From assembly GCA_964016885.1 (NCBI GenBank), contig OZ024740.1:106020001-106084000 (forward strand): DNA of 64,000 nt, in the 5' to 3' direction. Source of the DNA: Eledone cirrhosa (taxonomy: Eukaryota). Below, piece after piece: positions 27,444 to 39,400 of the stretch. The notes beneath the pieces were generated by a model that was not told the origin of the DNA, searched no databases, and saw only the letters and a program-made list of their open reading frames with translations. Position 1 is the first letter of the stretch, and every line of letters starts with the position of its first letter. A program made the translations under genes and the position numbers.

Positions 27444-27589
27444 AATATTTAGCCTTAATAGAATGAATACTTAAACTCTACCTCGGTATTGTGTACCCTC
27501 TTCTCTCAGTCGTCAATAATATATATATATATATATATAGGGCGGTGCCCCAGCATGGCCTCAGCCGGATGGCTGAAACAGGTAAAAGA

Positions 27590-27651
<62 letters not shown>

Positions 27652-27770
27652 TAAAAGAAACCAAGCAGGCTGTTTGGTTACTGTAAACTAAATTTACGAT
27701 GGTAATATGGACGAAACAAGAGAAGAAACCCTTCATCAGCTGTTAACTGCAGATCATAGATTTTTCGATA

Positions 27771-27870
<100 letters not shown>

Positions 27871-27941
27871 TGGTAGCTAAGATGCTTCCATAGGCCGTAT
27901 GCCGGTTGAGCACTCTATGCTCTTACAGAGCAGAGTATGAT

Positions 27942-28147
27942 ATAATATAAAACGTAAAATCAGTGATGAATCTGAACTCAATTTATTGTGTGTTATAATT
28001 GTTTCGCCGACGGACAGCTCGAGACACGATCATTGCGTGGATCTGTCTGATTCTACAGATCCACACAATGATCGTGTCTCGAGCTATCCGCCGACGAAAC
28101 AATTGTATAAATAAATTGAGTTCACGTGCACCACTGATTTTTCGTTT

Positions 28148-28155
<8 letters not shown>
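27942..28155. repeat. Fold-back carrying a core-deleted hammerhead motif in both arms
   Basis: Arms meet at about 28050. The left arm, read on the minus strand, is gtgt-CTCGA-gctg tccgt cggc-GAAA-caatta-TA-acac..AATAAA. Confidence 0.75.
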
Positions 28156-28185
<30 letters not shown>

Positions 28186-28915
28186 GTAAAGAGACAGACA
28201 GACATATCAGAGCTCTTATCTAAAAAAATATAATTTGTCCTTTCCGTAGAGTGTGCACGGAAATATATTTCATGAATATTTAGTAACGTAACTCTTTACT
28301 CTTCTACTTTTTTACCTGTTCCAGCCATCCGGCTGAGGACATGCTGGGGCACCACTCTTAAACTCTGTGTTTAAAAATGTCATACCTAAAATGTTCTGGC
28401 ATATATATATATATAATAATAAATGTGATAACTAAAATCCAAAGAGGGCTCGATAAGGATTGCTTTTTCTTAGTTTCAGAAGATCCCGTTAAGAGTGAAA
28501 GCAACGATTCTTTGCTTAAACTTGCCAAATTCAAATAAAAAAGAATATTTCGCTCTATATGGCTGAATACAATAAATGTAATCTGTGTTTTTCGTGGATC
28601 TGCTAATATGCAGATCTGACTGATCAGCCAGTCTGCTAATATGCAAATCAGGCCGATCAGCCACTGTGTATTTTTGAAAATAGCATATATTTTCACTAGC
28701 TCATCAGTTTTGGCAGGTGAACAGTGAGCTGTATTGATGAAGGGTGATACCCAGAAACGTTAGTGCCTGCAGTTCTGTTCGCATACCAACATAAGAGCAA
28801 GAATGAAGAGTTCATTCTACTGACATGGCTATAAAATTGAGGCTTGTTTGCATAATTGCAAACGAATCGAATGTTATTATTGATATTCGAAAAACTCAGA
28901 TTACATTTATATATA

Positions 28916-28962
<47 letters not shown>

Positions 28963-29261
28963 CCCAATGGCTAGTGAGCCCCAGGAGGCCCATGGTAGCA
29001 TTGCAGGGCCGACTGTAATGTTCTAGGGCCCAATGCTTTGCTTTCAAAAAATACCCGAAGCCTAAGAGAAAGAATAATTTTTTTTTTAAATATACAAAAC
29101 AATTAAGCAAAGCATTTGGTCAACCAATTCCCCAGGGAATTAATAGAAACCAAAATATATGATACTGCTAGCAACTGGAATCAGTTGTTGTACATTCTAT
29201 TAAATCTAAATCTTAGTGTATTCATTCATGCATGCAAACATACATTCATAGACACACACAA

Positions 29262-29298
<37 letters not shown>

Positions 29299-29302
29299 TT
29301 AC

Positions 29303-29345
<43 letters not shown>

Positions 29346-32300
29346 GCTGTTATTCCTTGAATCTCAGTCATTGATGTTGGTTAACTGGAAAGTCCGTTGG
29401 AATGAATATCAAGCCACTACCTGCAGCCTCAGATATTCAGGACGTATCGGAGGGTTCTTGCTGTTCCAAGCAAGCATGCCTTTTGAAGCGTTCCAAAAAG
29501 CGTGAAGGGGCCGATTTTCTTTAACCATCCCTGGAAACTTTTGGAGATAGTCCCCAGTGCGCCTATGACAATCGGGATCACTTTGACTTCATGGCAGTTC
29601 CAAATCCTTTTCACCTCCCACTTTAGGTCCTGGTATCGGTTAATTTTCTCCCTCTCCTTCTCTTGCACTCTCGTGTCGAAAGGGCAGGCCACATCCACAA
29701 TCAGTCACGATCTTTTTTCTTTGTCCACAACCACCAGGTCAGGTCTATTGTGTTCCAGTTTTTTGTCCGTCTGTATCCTAAAATCCCACAGCACTTTCAC
29801 CTGATTGTTCTCCATCACCGCCTCTGGCCTATGCTCATACCATTTCTCAGAATGTGGTAAATTGTTTACTTTGCACAGATGCCAGTGGATCACCCTGCCC
29901 ATCACATCGTGTCTCCAGCCCTTACAGTGGGTCTGGGCTAGGTGTTTACACTCGGACACAATGTGAGCCACAGTCTCCTCTCTCTCTACACAGATCCTGC
30001 ACAGTGGGCTAGCCTCCTACTTGTAAATATGGTGCTTCAACCACTTCGTTTTGAGGGCCTGCTCCTGCGCAGCCATTAGCATTCCTTCTGTAGCCTTTTT
30101 GAGGTCTCCTCTTCTCAACCAGTTCCATGTCTGTGGATCTCTAAATTCAGTTTTCTCAAAGAAGGTACTATGAAGGGATTTTCCCTTAAGGCTGCTCTTC
30201 CTCCTTGATGTTATTTCCTCCTTGGATATCCCCTGGCCTACTGTCCCCTCCTTCAGTACAGTTCTGAGCATTGGCTCCTTACTATAGGTCACGTATTTGT
30301 ATAGGTTGTTTTTTTCCATCTGAACACAGTCCTCTATGCTGATAAGACCTCTTCCACCCTCAGATCTCCTTAGGTAGAGTCTATCGACATCACTCCTCTT
30401 GTGGAACATGTTGTAGATAGTCAATAGCTTCCTAGTCTTCCTATCCATTTCTTTTTGTTCAGCAACATTCCATCTCAGAATTCCCGCACTGTACCTAATA
30501 ATAGACACAGCTCGGGAATTTACTGTGCTTATGGCATTTCTGCTGTTCAGATGTGACTTCAATACGCTCCTTACTCTCCGAATGTATTCAGTTCTTAACA
30601 ATTCCTTCATTTTTTTGTTCTTTATGCCATCAGCCTCCAGAACGCCCAAATACTTGTATCCTTCCTCAGAGTCAATTTCCTTTATCATCTCACCTGTTGG
30701 TATCTGGATCCCGTTACTTCTGCTCAACCTACCCCTCCTCATCACAATGACTCCACATTTACTAATACCAAACTGCATACATATATCACTGCTGAAAATA
30801 CGGACAGTGTCAACAAGCACATCCAACTCCTTCTCACTTTTCCCGAAGAGCTTAAGATCGTCCATGAAGAGGAGGTGATTGATGGTAAGCTCTCCCTTTC
30901 CCAACTTGTATCCTGCTCTCACTTTTCGCAGCATAATGGTCAAGGGCATCAGGGCAAGGACAAACAACAGAGGGGACAGACTATCTCCCTGGAAGATACC
31001 TCTCTTGATCTTCACGCTTCCCAAGGATACTCCAGTTGATGTCAACTCTGTCTCCCAGGACCCCATACTCCTGCCCAGCAACTGTCTGATGTTATCTGCC
31101 ACCCTGAAGATCTCCAGGCTTTTGGTGATCCAAGAATGAGGCACCATGTCAAATGCCTTTCTGTAGTCTATCCATCCCATGGCAAGATCAGTGTGTCTCC
31201 TCCTGCAATTCCCCATTACCATCTTATCAATAAGTAACTGGTCCTTTGTACCACCTGACTTCTTTCGGTATCCTTTCTGTTCGTCCGGTAACAAGTTGTT
31301 TGTGTGGAGGTGATGGTAGATTTCCTCAGACACAATGCTCGTCAACAGTTTCCACATTACGGACAGACATGTGATAGGTCTATAGTTGGTAACATCATTA
31401 CCCTTGATTCGGTCTTTCATTATCAGAACTGTGGTACCTTTTGTCAACCACTCTGGCACCTCACCCGACACCAAGCAGTCATTGAACATGGCCGTCAGCT
31501 TCGGGTGGAGGGATGTTAAATTTTTAATCCAATACCCATGCACACCATCTGGGCCTGGTGATTTCCAGTTGGTTAGTTTTTTGGCCTGCCCCTTAAGAGT
31601 TTCAACTGTGATACTCAAATCAGTTTGTTGGTGTGCCTGCTCACCGATCTCCCTCTTTACTGTCTCAATCCACCCTGCCTGGACATTATGTCTAACATCC
31701 AGCTCCCATATTCCTCTCCAGAATGTTTTAGTTTGCTCCGCCCCAGGGATCAAGTCGTTGCCTCTTTCTTTCCCCTCAAGCTGTCCAAACAGCATCTTCT
31801 GGTTGTTGTCGAACATGCGGTTCTGTTTATACTGACTGACTCTGTTCTCGTATCGCCTGATTTTTGCACTCTTTGCTACAATGCGTTGCTTCAGTTCCTC
31901 TATGATAATATTTAGCTTTTTCCTCCTAGTTTTGTACTTTATTTCCAGTCTATTTTTAGTGCCTATGTTTTTTAGTGTCCCATTCAGTAGTGACTCAAGC
32001 TTTCCTATGTCATTTCCCATTTCCCCGATTTGACCACTCAGTCGTTTCTTCCACCACGGCTCTGCTCTTTCTTGTCTGTTGTTTCCTCTCGCTTTTATAC
32101 CAAGTAGTTTCCTCACCGTATTTGCTGTTGCTTTGAGGATATTGTTGCACTGGTGAAGGCTCCTCGCCTCAAGGTATGGGATGACTTTGTTTACCTTAGC
32201 TGTTGTTTCTTTTAACTTTTTCCTGTCTACAAATCTTAGGTTCATAGGTCTCCCACTATCATTGTTCAATTCATCTACCACTAAATTTAGGATGTCAACC

Positions 32301-33881
32301 GAATCTTGTCCTAGCCCGTCAGCATTCATCTCCTCAGTGGCCGTATCTCTGTTCCAGATATTATTTATCTCAGTATTCAGATCATTGTCTGCTTCGGGTG
32401 GTTCCTCCGTTCTCAGGACCTCTTCACCTTCATTTCCCACTGGCTCGCTTGTCTGGCATACTACACCCGCCATCTCCAAGCCATTCTCTCTGCTCAGTTC
32501 CTCCAGTTCCAGCTCGCTTATCCACCCATTAGTTCTTATTACCCAAGCCTGCCCGGCCAATTTTTGTTCATCTAATTTAAATAGACCAATCTCGTTCCAG
32601 ATGTTATGCATCCGTCTCCTGTAGCCCCTCTCCTTGGGGTTACTTTTCAGGTAACATTGCATAACAGTTCTATTCAATTCTTTCGTCCAGTTGGTTCTGG
32701 CCCCTTTCCTTCTTCTTCTTCCTCCAACATCAGCAGTATTTGGTTGACAGTCAGGTTCCTGCTGCTGAGCCAGGGGGCACCTGTTGTGTGAGAGTCTGTC
32801 ACATGACGTTCTAGTCTCCATTTCACCGTTATTCGAACTGTTTATGTTCGATATTTAAACACTCTTATCGAGGATTGGCGAATGTATGGTTACATAGCCA
32901 TCTGTGGATTCGCCGTTCCACTTGGCCCTTGTGTGGCATTATCACCACGCTGTATACGAACACACATAAACAAACAAACACACAGGCAGAAAGGGCCCCA
33001 AAAATGAATAAGCATAAGTTTCATTGTAATGTAGTGTTCGAATGTCTGACTTAGTTTTTGTTTTTTTAGTTTTAGTTTCCCCCCCCTCTTCTCTGTCCGT
33101 CCGCCTGCTTCTCTCTTCATTCTTATTTTCTTTACGTTTTTTGTTTTTTTTTGTTTTTGTTTTTCTCGTTTTTTGCTGTTGTTGCTGTGTTGCTTTGGTT
33201 TTGTTGTTTGTTTTTTCTTTTTTCTTTTGAGTCTATCTATATATTTTGATGCCTTCCTCTTTTTTAGTAGTAGGAATTCTATAATGTGGTGGCAGCAGCC
33301 ATCTGGAGAAGTGGATGACTGGCGGCGGTAGCGATACTGAGACAGTGGTGGTGGTGATGTCGATACCGAGGCAATGGTGGTGGTGATGTGGTCGTATTAC
33401 TGTAGTGATGGTGTTGTAGCGGTGGTAGCAGTGAAAGAGTGAAGGAGTGGTGGCGGCGGTGATGGGATAGTGGTGGTAATGATGGCAGTAGTGAGCGGTG
33501 GTGGTGGTGAAATTGCCGTTATCTGGCTGCTGTGTTTAGTGTACACAGGTGATGAGGTGGGTGGTGTATCTAGTTTCTGGTGTTGGTGAGTTTGGCTGTT
33601 CTATATAGTGTAGACAGAGGAGAGGAGGGGGGGGGTTCTTCTTCCATTTATAGCCATTTTCTTTTTTGGATATACAGTGTACAATACAAAGTTGAATATT
33701 TGAATATTTGAGCCCTATAACAATATATTTTGGGTCCGAATTTTTTTGGGGGCTCAAGCCGGGTGCTTTACGTAGCATTTGTACTAAGAGTTGTTATTTC
33801 ACAAATGATTTAAATATGTTAAAAATTCAAAACTTACGGGAGCGATTTCATGACCTCCGTCACCTCGTGCGTCTTCTTCCC
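29346..33881 (-). mobile_element. R4/Dong-like family B, copy B1, apparently full length
   Basis: Single ORF 32821 to 29429: WTKELN..MQCY..RGYRRRM..W N-terminus, RT LFMDD, CRIC..HIVSEC, RPDLVV..VDVACP..EKINRY. Stops at 30017 and 29705. About 1 kb of 5' leader; (TAA)n on both sides. Confidence 0.93.
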
Positions 33882-33910
33882 TTATTATTATTATTATTAT
33901 TATTATTATT

Positions 33911-34685
33911 GTTGTTATTCCTTGAATCTCAGTCATTGATGTTGGTTAACTGGAAAGTCCGTTGGAATGAATATCAAGCCACTACCTGCAGCCTCAGATA
34001 TTCAGGACGTATCGGAGGGTTCTTGCTGTTCCAAGCAAGCATGCCTTTTGAAGCGTTCCAAAAAGCGTGAAGGGGCCGATTTTCTTTAACCATCCCTGGA
34101 AACTTTTGGAGATAGTCCCCAGTGCGCCTATGACAATCGGGATCATTTTGACTTCATGGCAGTTCCAAATCCTTTTCACCTCCCACTTTAGGTCCTGGTA
34201 TCGGTTAATTTTCTCCCTCTCCTTCTCTTGCACTCTCGTGTCGAACGGGCAGGCCACATCCACAATCAGACACGATCTTTTTTCTTTGTCCACAACCACC
34301 AGGTCAGGTCTATTGTGTTCCAGTTTTTTGTCTGTCTGTATCCTAAAATCCCACAGCACCTTCACCTGATTGTTCTCCATCACCGCCTCCGGCCTATGCT
34401 CATACCATTTCTCAGAATGTGGTAAATTGTTTACTTTGCACAGGTGCCAGTGGATCACCCTGCCCATCACATCGTGTCTCCAGCCCTTATAGTGGGTCTG
34501 GGCTAGGTGTTTACACTCGGACACAATGTGAGCCACAGTCTCCTCTCTCTCTCCACAGATCCTGCACAGTGGGCTAGCCTCCTACTTGTAAATATGGTGC
34601 TTCAACCACTTCGTTTTGAGGGCCTGCTCCTGCGCAGCCATTATCATTCCTTCTGTAGCCTTTTTGAGGTCTCCTCTTCTCAACC

Positions 34686-34688
<3 letters not shown>
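33911..34688 (-). mobile_element. Family B, copy B2 (5'-truncated)
   Basis: 3' ~780 bp nearly identical to B1; (TAA)n flanks. Confidence 0.92.
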
Positions 34689-34730
<42 letters not shown>

Positions 34731-34743
34731 TATTATTATTATT

Positions 34744-36467
34744 GTTCTTTGAGTCTCAGTCATTAATGTTAGTTAACTGGAAAGTTTGTTGAAATGAATA
34801 TCAAGCCACTACCTGCAGCATCAGATATTCAGGACGTATCGGAGGGTTCTTGCTGTTCCCAGCAAGCATCCCTTTTGAAGTGTTCCAAAAAGCGGGGCGG
34901 GGCCAATTTTCTTTAACCATCCCTGGACACTTTTTGAGATAGTACCTAGTGCGCCTATGACAATCGGGACGACTCTGACTTCATGGCAGTTCCAAATCCT
35001 TTTTACCTCCCACTTTAAGTCTTGGTATCGGTTAATTTTCTCCCTCTCCTTTTCTTGCACTCTCGTGTCAAATGGGCAGGCTACATCTACAATCAGGCAT
35101 GATCTTTTTTCCTTGTCCAAAACCACCAGGTCAGGCCTATTGTGTTCCAGTTTCTTATCCGTCTGTATCCTAAAATTCCATAGCACCTTCACCTGATCGT
35201 TTTCTATCACCGACTCTGGATTATGCCCATACCACTTCTCAGAATGTGGTAAATTGTTTACTTTGCATAGGTGCCAGTGGATCACCCTGCCCATCACATC
35301 ATGTCTCCAGCCTCTATAGTGAATCTGGGCTAGGTGTTTACACTCGGATACAATGTGAGCCACAGTCTCCTCTCTTTCTCTCCATCTCTCCACAGATCCT
35401 ACAGTGGGATAGCCTCCACCTTGTAAATATGGTGTTTCACCGACTTCGTTTTAAGTGCCTGCTCTTGCGCAGCCATTAGCATTCCTTCTGTAGCCTTTTT
35501 AAGGTCTCCTCTTTTCAACCAGTTCCATATCTGTGGATCTCTGAATTCAGTTTTCTCAAAGAAGGTACTATAAAGGCATATTTCATCAAGGTTGGTCTTC
35601 CTCCTTGTTGTTATTTCCTCCTTGGACACCCCCTGGTCTATTGTTCTCTCCTTCAGTACAATTCTGAGCATTGTCACGTATTTGTGCAGGTTGTTTTTCT
35701 CGATCTTAACACAGTCTTCTATGCTGATAAGACGTCTTCCACCTTCAGATCTCTTTATGTAGAGTCTATCGACATCACTCCTCTTGTGGAACATGCTGTA
35801 GATAGTCAACAGCTTCCTAGTCTTCCTATCCATTTCTTTTTGTTCAGCAACATTCCATTTCAGAATTCCCGCACTGTACCTAATAATAGACAAAGCTCGG
35901 GAATTCACTGCACTTATGATATTCCTATTATTTAGATGTGATTTTAATACGCTCCTTACCCTCCTAATGTACTCAGATCTTATCAATTCCTTCATTGTTT
36001 TGCTTTTGATGTCATCTGCCTCCAGAACACCTAAATATGTGTATCCTTCTTCAGTGTCAATTTCCTTTATCATCTCACCTGTTGGTACCTGGATTCCGTT
36101 GCTTCTGCTCAATTTACTCCTCTTCATCACTAGAACTCCAACTTATTAATACCAAATTGCATACATATATCACTGCTGAAAATACGGACAGTATCAACAA
36201 GCACATCCAACTCCTTCTCACTTTTCCCAAAGAGTTTAAGATCGTCCATGAAGAGGAGGTGATTGATGGTAAGCTCTCCCTTTCCCAACTTGTATCCTGC
36301 TCTCACTTTTCGCAATATAACAGTCAGAAGTATCACGGCAAGGACAAACAGCAGAGGGGACAAACTATCTCCCTGGAAGATACCTCTCTTGATCTTCACG
36401 CCTCCCAGGGATTCTCCACCTGATGTTAACTCTGTTTTCCAGGACTTCATACTTTTGCTCAACAACT
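34744..36467 (-). mobile_element. Family B, copy B3 (diverged subfamily, 5'-truncated)
   Basis: ORF pieces 36130-36465, 35399-36130 and 34821-35393. Confidence 0.92.
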
Positions 36468-39400
36468 AATAGCTAATTCACCACTGCACCAAGCAGCTGA
36501 AAGCCTTTCTCACAAATTAACACCTCACACCGACACCACCATTGTAAATGATTATACGTCTGCCAACACAAACAATTTAAGCACTAGCAATATTTTAAAT
36601 TTGTCTCAGGCAGACATTCATTTCCCGCCATTACCAATGACTGCAGGTGTTAAAGCCGCCACCACCACCACCACCGCGACAACCCCCCCCCCCCACCACC
36701 ACCACCACCACCACCGCGACAACAGAAACAAAAGGAAAAAATAAATCAACTCGTGATGTCGAAATATTTTCAACCAAAATGGACTCTCCCAAACCGAACT
36801 TCACTGACGTCACCACCACCACAACTGAAACTAAAATTAATAATAACAAAAATAACGATAGCAACAACAACAACAATGACATTAAAAAAACCACCCTGAG
36901 TTTTGCCAGAGTAGCAAAACAGTGCGAAGCATTTACGGTAACTCAGGAGGAATTAGAAAATGCCAAAAAAATGGTAAAGAAAGATGGGTACAGGGTGAGC
37001 CTCACCCCCCACCTAATAAAATGGAGCATCGGCGAATAACCCACATCAGACGTGGGCAGAAGTATCGAACCGTGGACCTGTTCTTTGAAACACCAGAGGA
37101 GGCTAGAGAACACTCCATGGCCCCATTAAGAAGTGACGACTTCACACTCGTCCCAAGCGATTGTGGCCAGACACTCGTAAAGATCAGGGTGACCTACGTT
37201 CCACCGGCCATCGAAATTCATTGGCTAATAGCGGCCGTCCTCGCCAGCATCGAAGCCAACACAAAGATAATAGCAATAGCAAAAGAAAAGCAGGAGAACT
37301 GGTCCGGATCTGGGATGGAGTTCCTGATCCAAGCGGACCAAAAAAGCATTGAGGAGATCCCAGAGGTAATAGACCTCACTGACGGCAGCCACCTCACCGT
37401 AACTGTCGAGGGCAGAAGGCCTAGGTGTGTCGTTTGTGGTGAAGGAACCCACCTAAGGGTTTTCTGCCCTCAGGCTAAAAGGTTGAGCCCACCTCTCCTA
37501 CCCACCGCAGTGACACAACCATCAACACCACCAGTAGCAGAGATGGCAGCAACAACTGTAGCAGCAACAACAGAAGCAACTATAACAGCAACAACCCCAG
37601 CAACACTAGCAAAACCAACACCACCACCAGCAGCAAAACCAACACCACCACCACCCAACGCTTCAGAACTAGCACCAGCGCCTACACCATCCACCACGCC
37701 ACAACCAAAACTAACGCCTGTGGAGGATTTTTCACTCCCCGGCCTATCACAACTGGAGACAGATTGTGACGACGAGGAGTGGGAAACGGTATCAGGAAAA
37801 AAGAAGAAAAGAAACCAAAAAAGAAAAAATTCTCTTCCTTCCCCCTCCAAAAACAAAATACAGAGGGAAACGAATAAATTAACAAAGAAAAAAGTTAGGA
37901 CAGATATGCCACCATCCACACCAGCATCACCAACCCCATCAACCCAAACACCAACACCATCACCATCATTAACCCCAACACCACCATCACCTACACCACA
38001 AAAGTCACCAAAATGCGAAACAGAAACAAACCCACAACAAACGCAAACAAAACAAAACAACCAAAACGATGCACACTACACAGCATTAAATTTGAACAAC
38101 AACCAATTATTACACTACATCCAACACAACACCAGCATCACAGACAAAGACTACACAACAACCCAAAAATTCACACCACTTCCACACATACAAATCACTC
38201 GCATCACACAGAAAACGTACATGAGACTAAAACAAAAATTCCCCAAAGACTTCGGAGACTTCCGACAAGCACTCTCCAGGAGGATTTATAAGGACATCCT
38301 TCCTGAGGAGGCCACAAGCAGTGAAAAGGATGGAAAAACCGTCCTTCCTCTACGAGAAGTAAGGTAAGTGGTCTTTCCCATCTTTTCCACTCCTTTTCAA
38401 CATGACCTCACTCAGAATAGGCAGCATAAATGCGCGTGGATTGGGGTCGTCATGGAAGCAGGGCCACCTGCTCAACGACCTCAGGTCACTAAACATAGAT
38501 GTAGTGGCCATCAGCAAGACCAGAATCTCCAAACCACGGGCCTTCGCACCGATCTTCGGCGGCTACGATGTGTACGCATCTCCCAGCCGTCCGGGATCGG
38601 GGGGAGGAGTTGCTGTGCTTTTTCGCAGAGGTTTGGATCTTGCCGTACGGGCCATCTTCCTGGACCCAGAAGGTAAGTTGGTGGTGCTGGACGTGACTAG
38701 CGGAGACGGGCAAGCTTTCAGGTTAGTGGCCGTCTATGCCCCGACAGGAGCAGTGCGGCCTGATTTCTTGCGGCGTCTAGAGACCTTTCTTGGAACGTCC
38801 CGCTCTTTAGTGTTAGTAGGCGATTGGAACGGGATCTTAGATGCACGCTGGTATTGTGTGGGATTAGTGGATAGGGAAGGAGGGTGCAAGAGTCTCACCA
38901 ACCTGCTCAGGCGTTTTGAACTGTCTGACAGGTACCGAATGGATTTCCCGAATGTACCAATGTGGACTTGGACAAATCGCATAGGGTCATCCAGATCATA
39001 TCTAGATAGAGTATTTTGTAGGGAAATAGATAGGTCTAGCATAGGCTGTCCACAATTCAAGATAGTCAGCTACACGGACCACAAATTCGTGATCTGTGTG
39101 CTTGACTTAGATAGGCTTCATAGACGAGGACCCGGCTACTAGAAGCTAAACGCGTCCTTACCAGCGCGCAAGGCCTACAGAGACCGGATTAGCGAACTAG
39201 TTAAGCGGGCGTTGACGGGGGCCATCGTCAACTACAAGTGGTGGTTTTCTCTGAAAAAAACAATTAGAATAGAGTCCATTATGTTTAGTAAGGCTTTAGC
39301 AATAGAGAAAAATAAAGCAGAGGGAGAATTAGTTAGAAAATTAGACGAGGCGCTTAGCAAAGGCATCGCGACCGACGTACTTGCGGCGAAATTGGCCCTT

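Noticed and set aside
33780-33881. HDV-like ribozyme at the 5' end of B1
   Set aside because: I could not build the nested double pseudoknot by eye. A descriptor search is needed.
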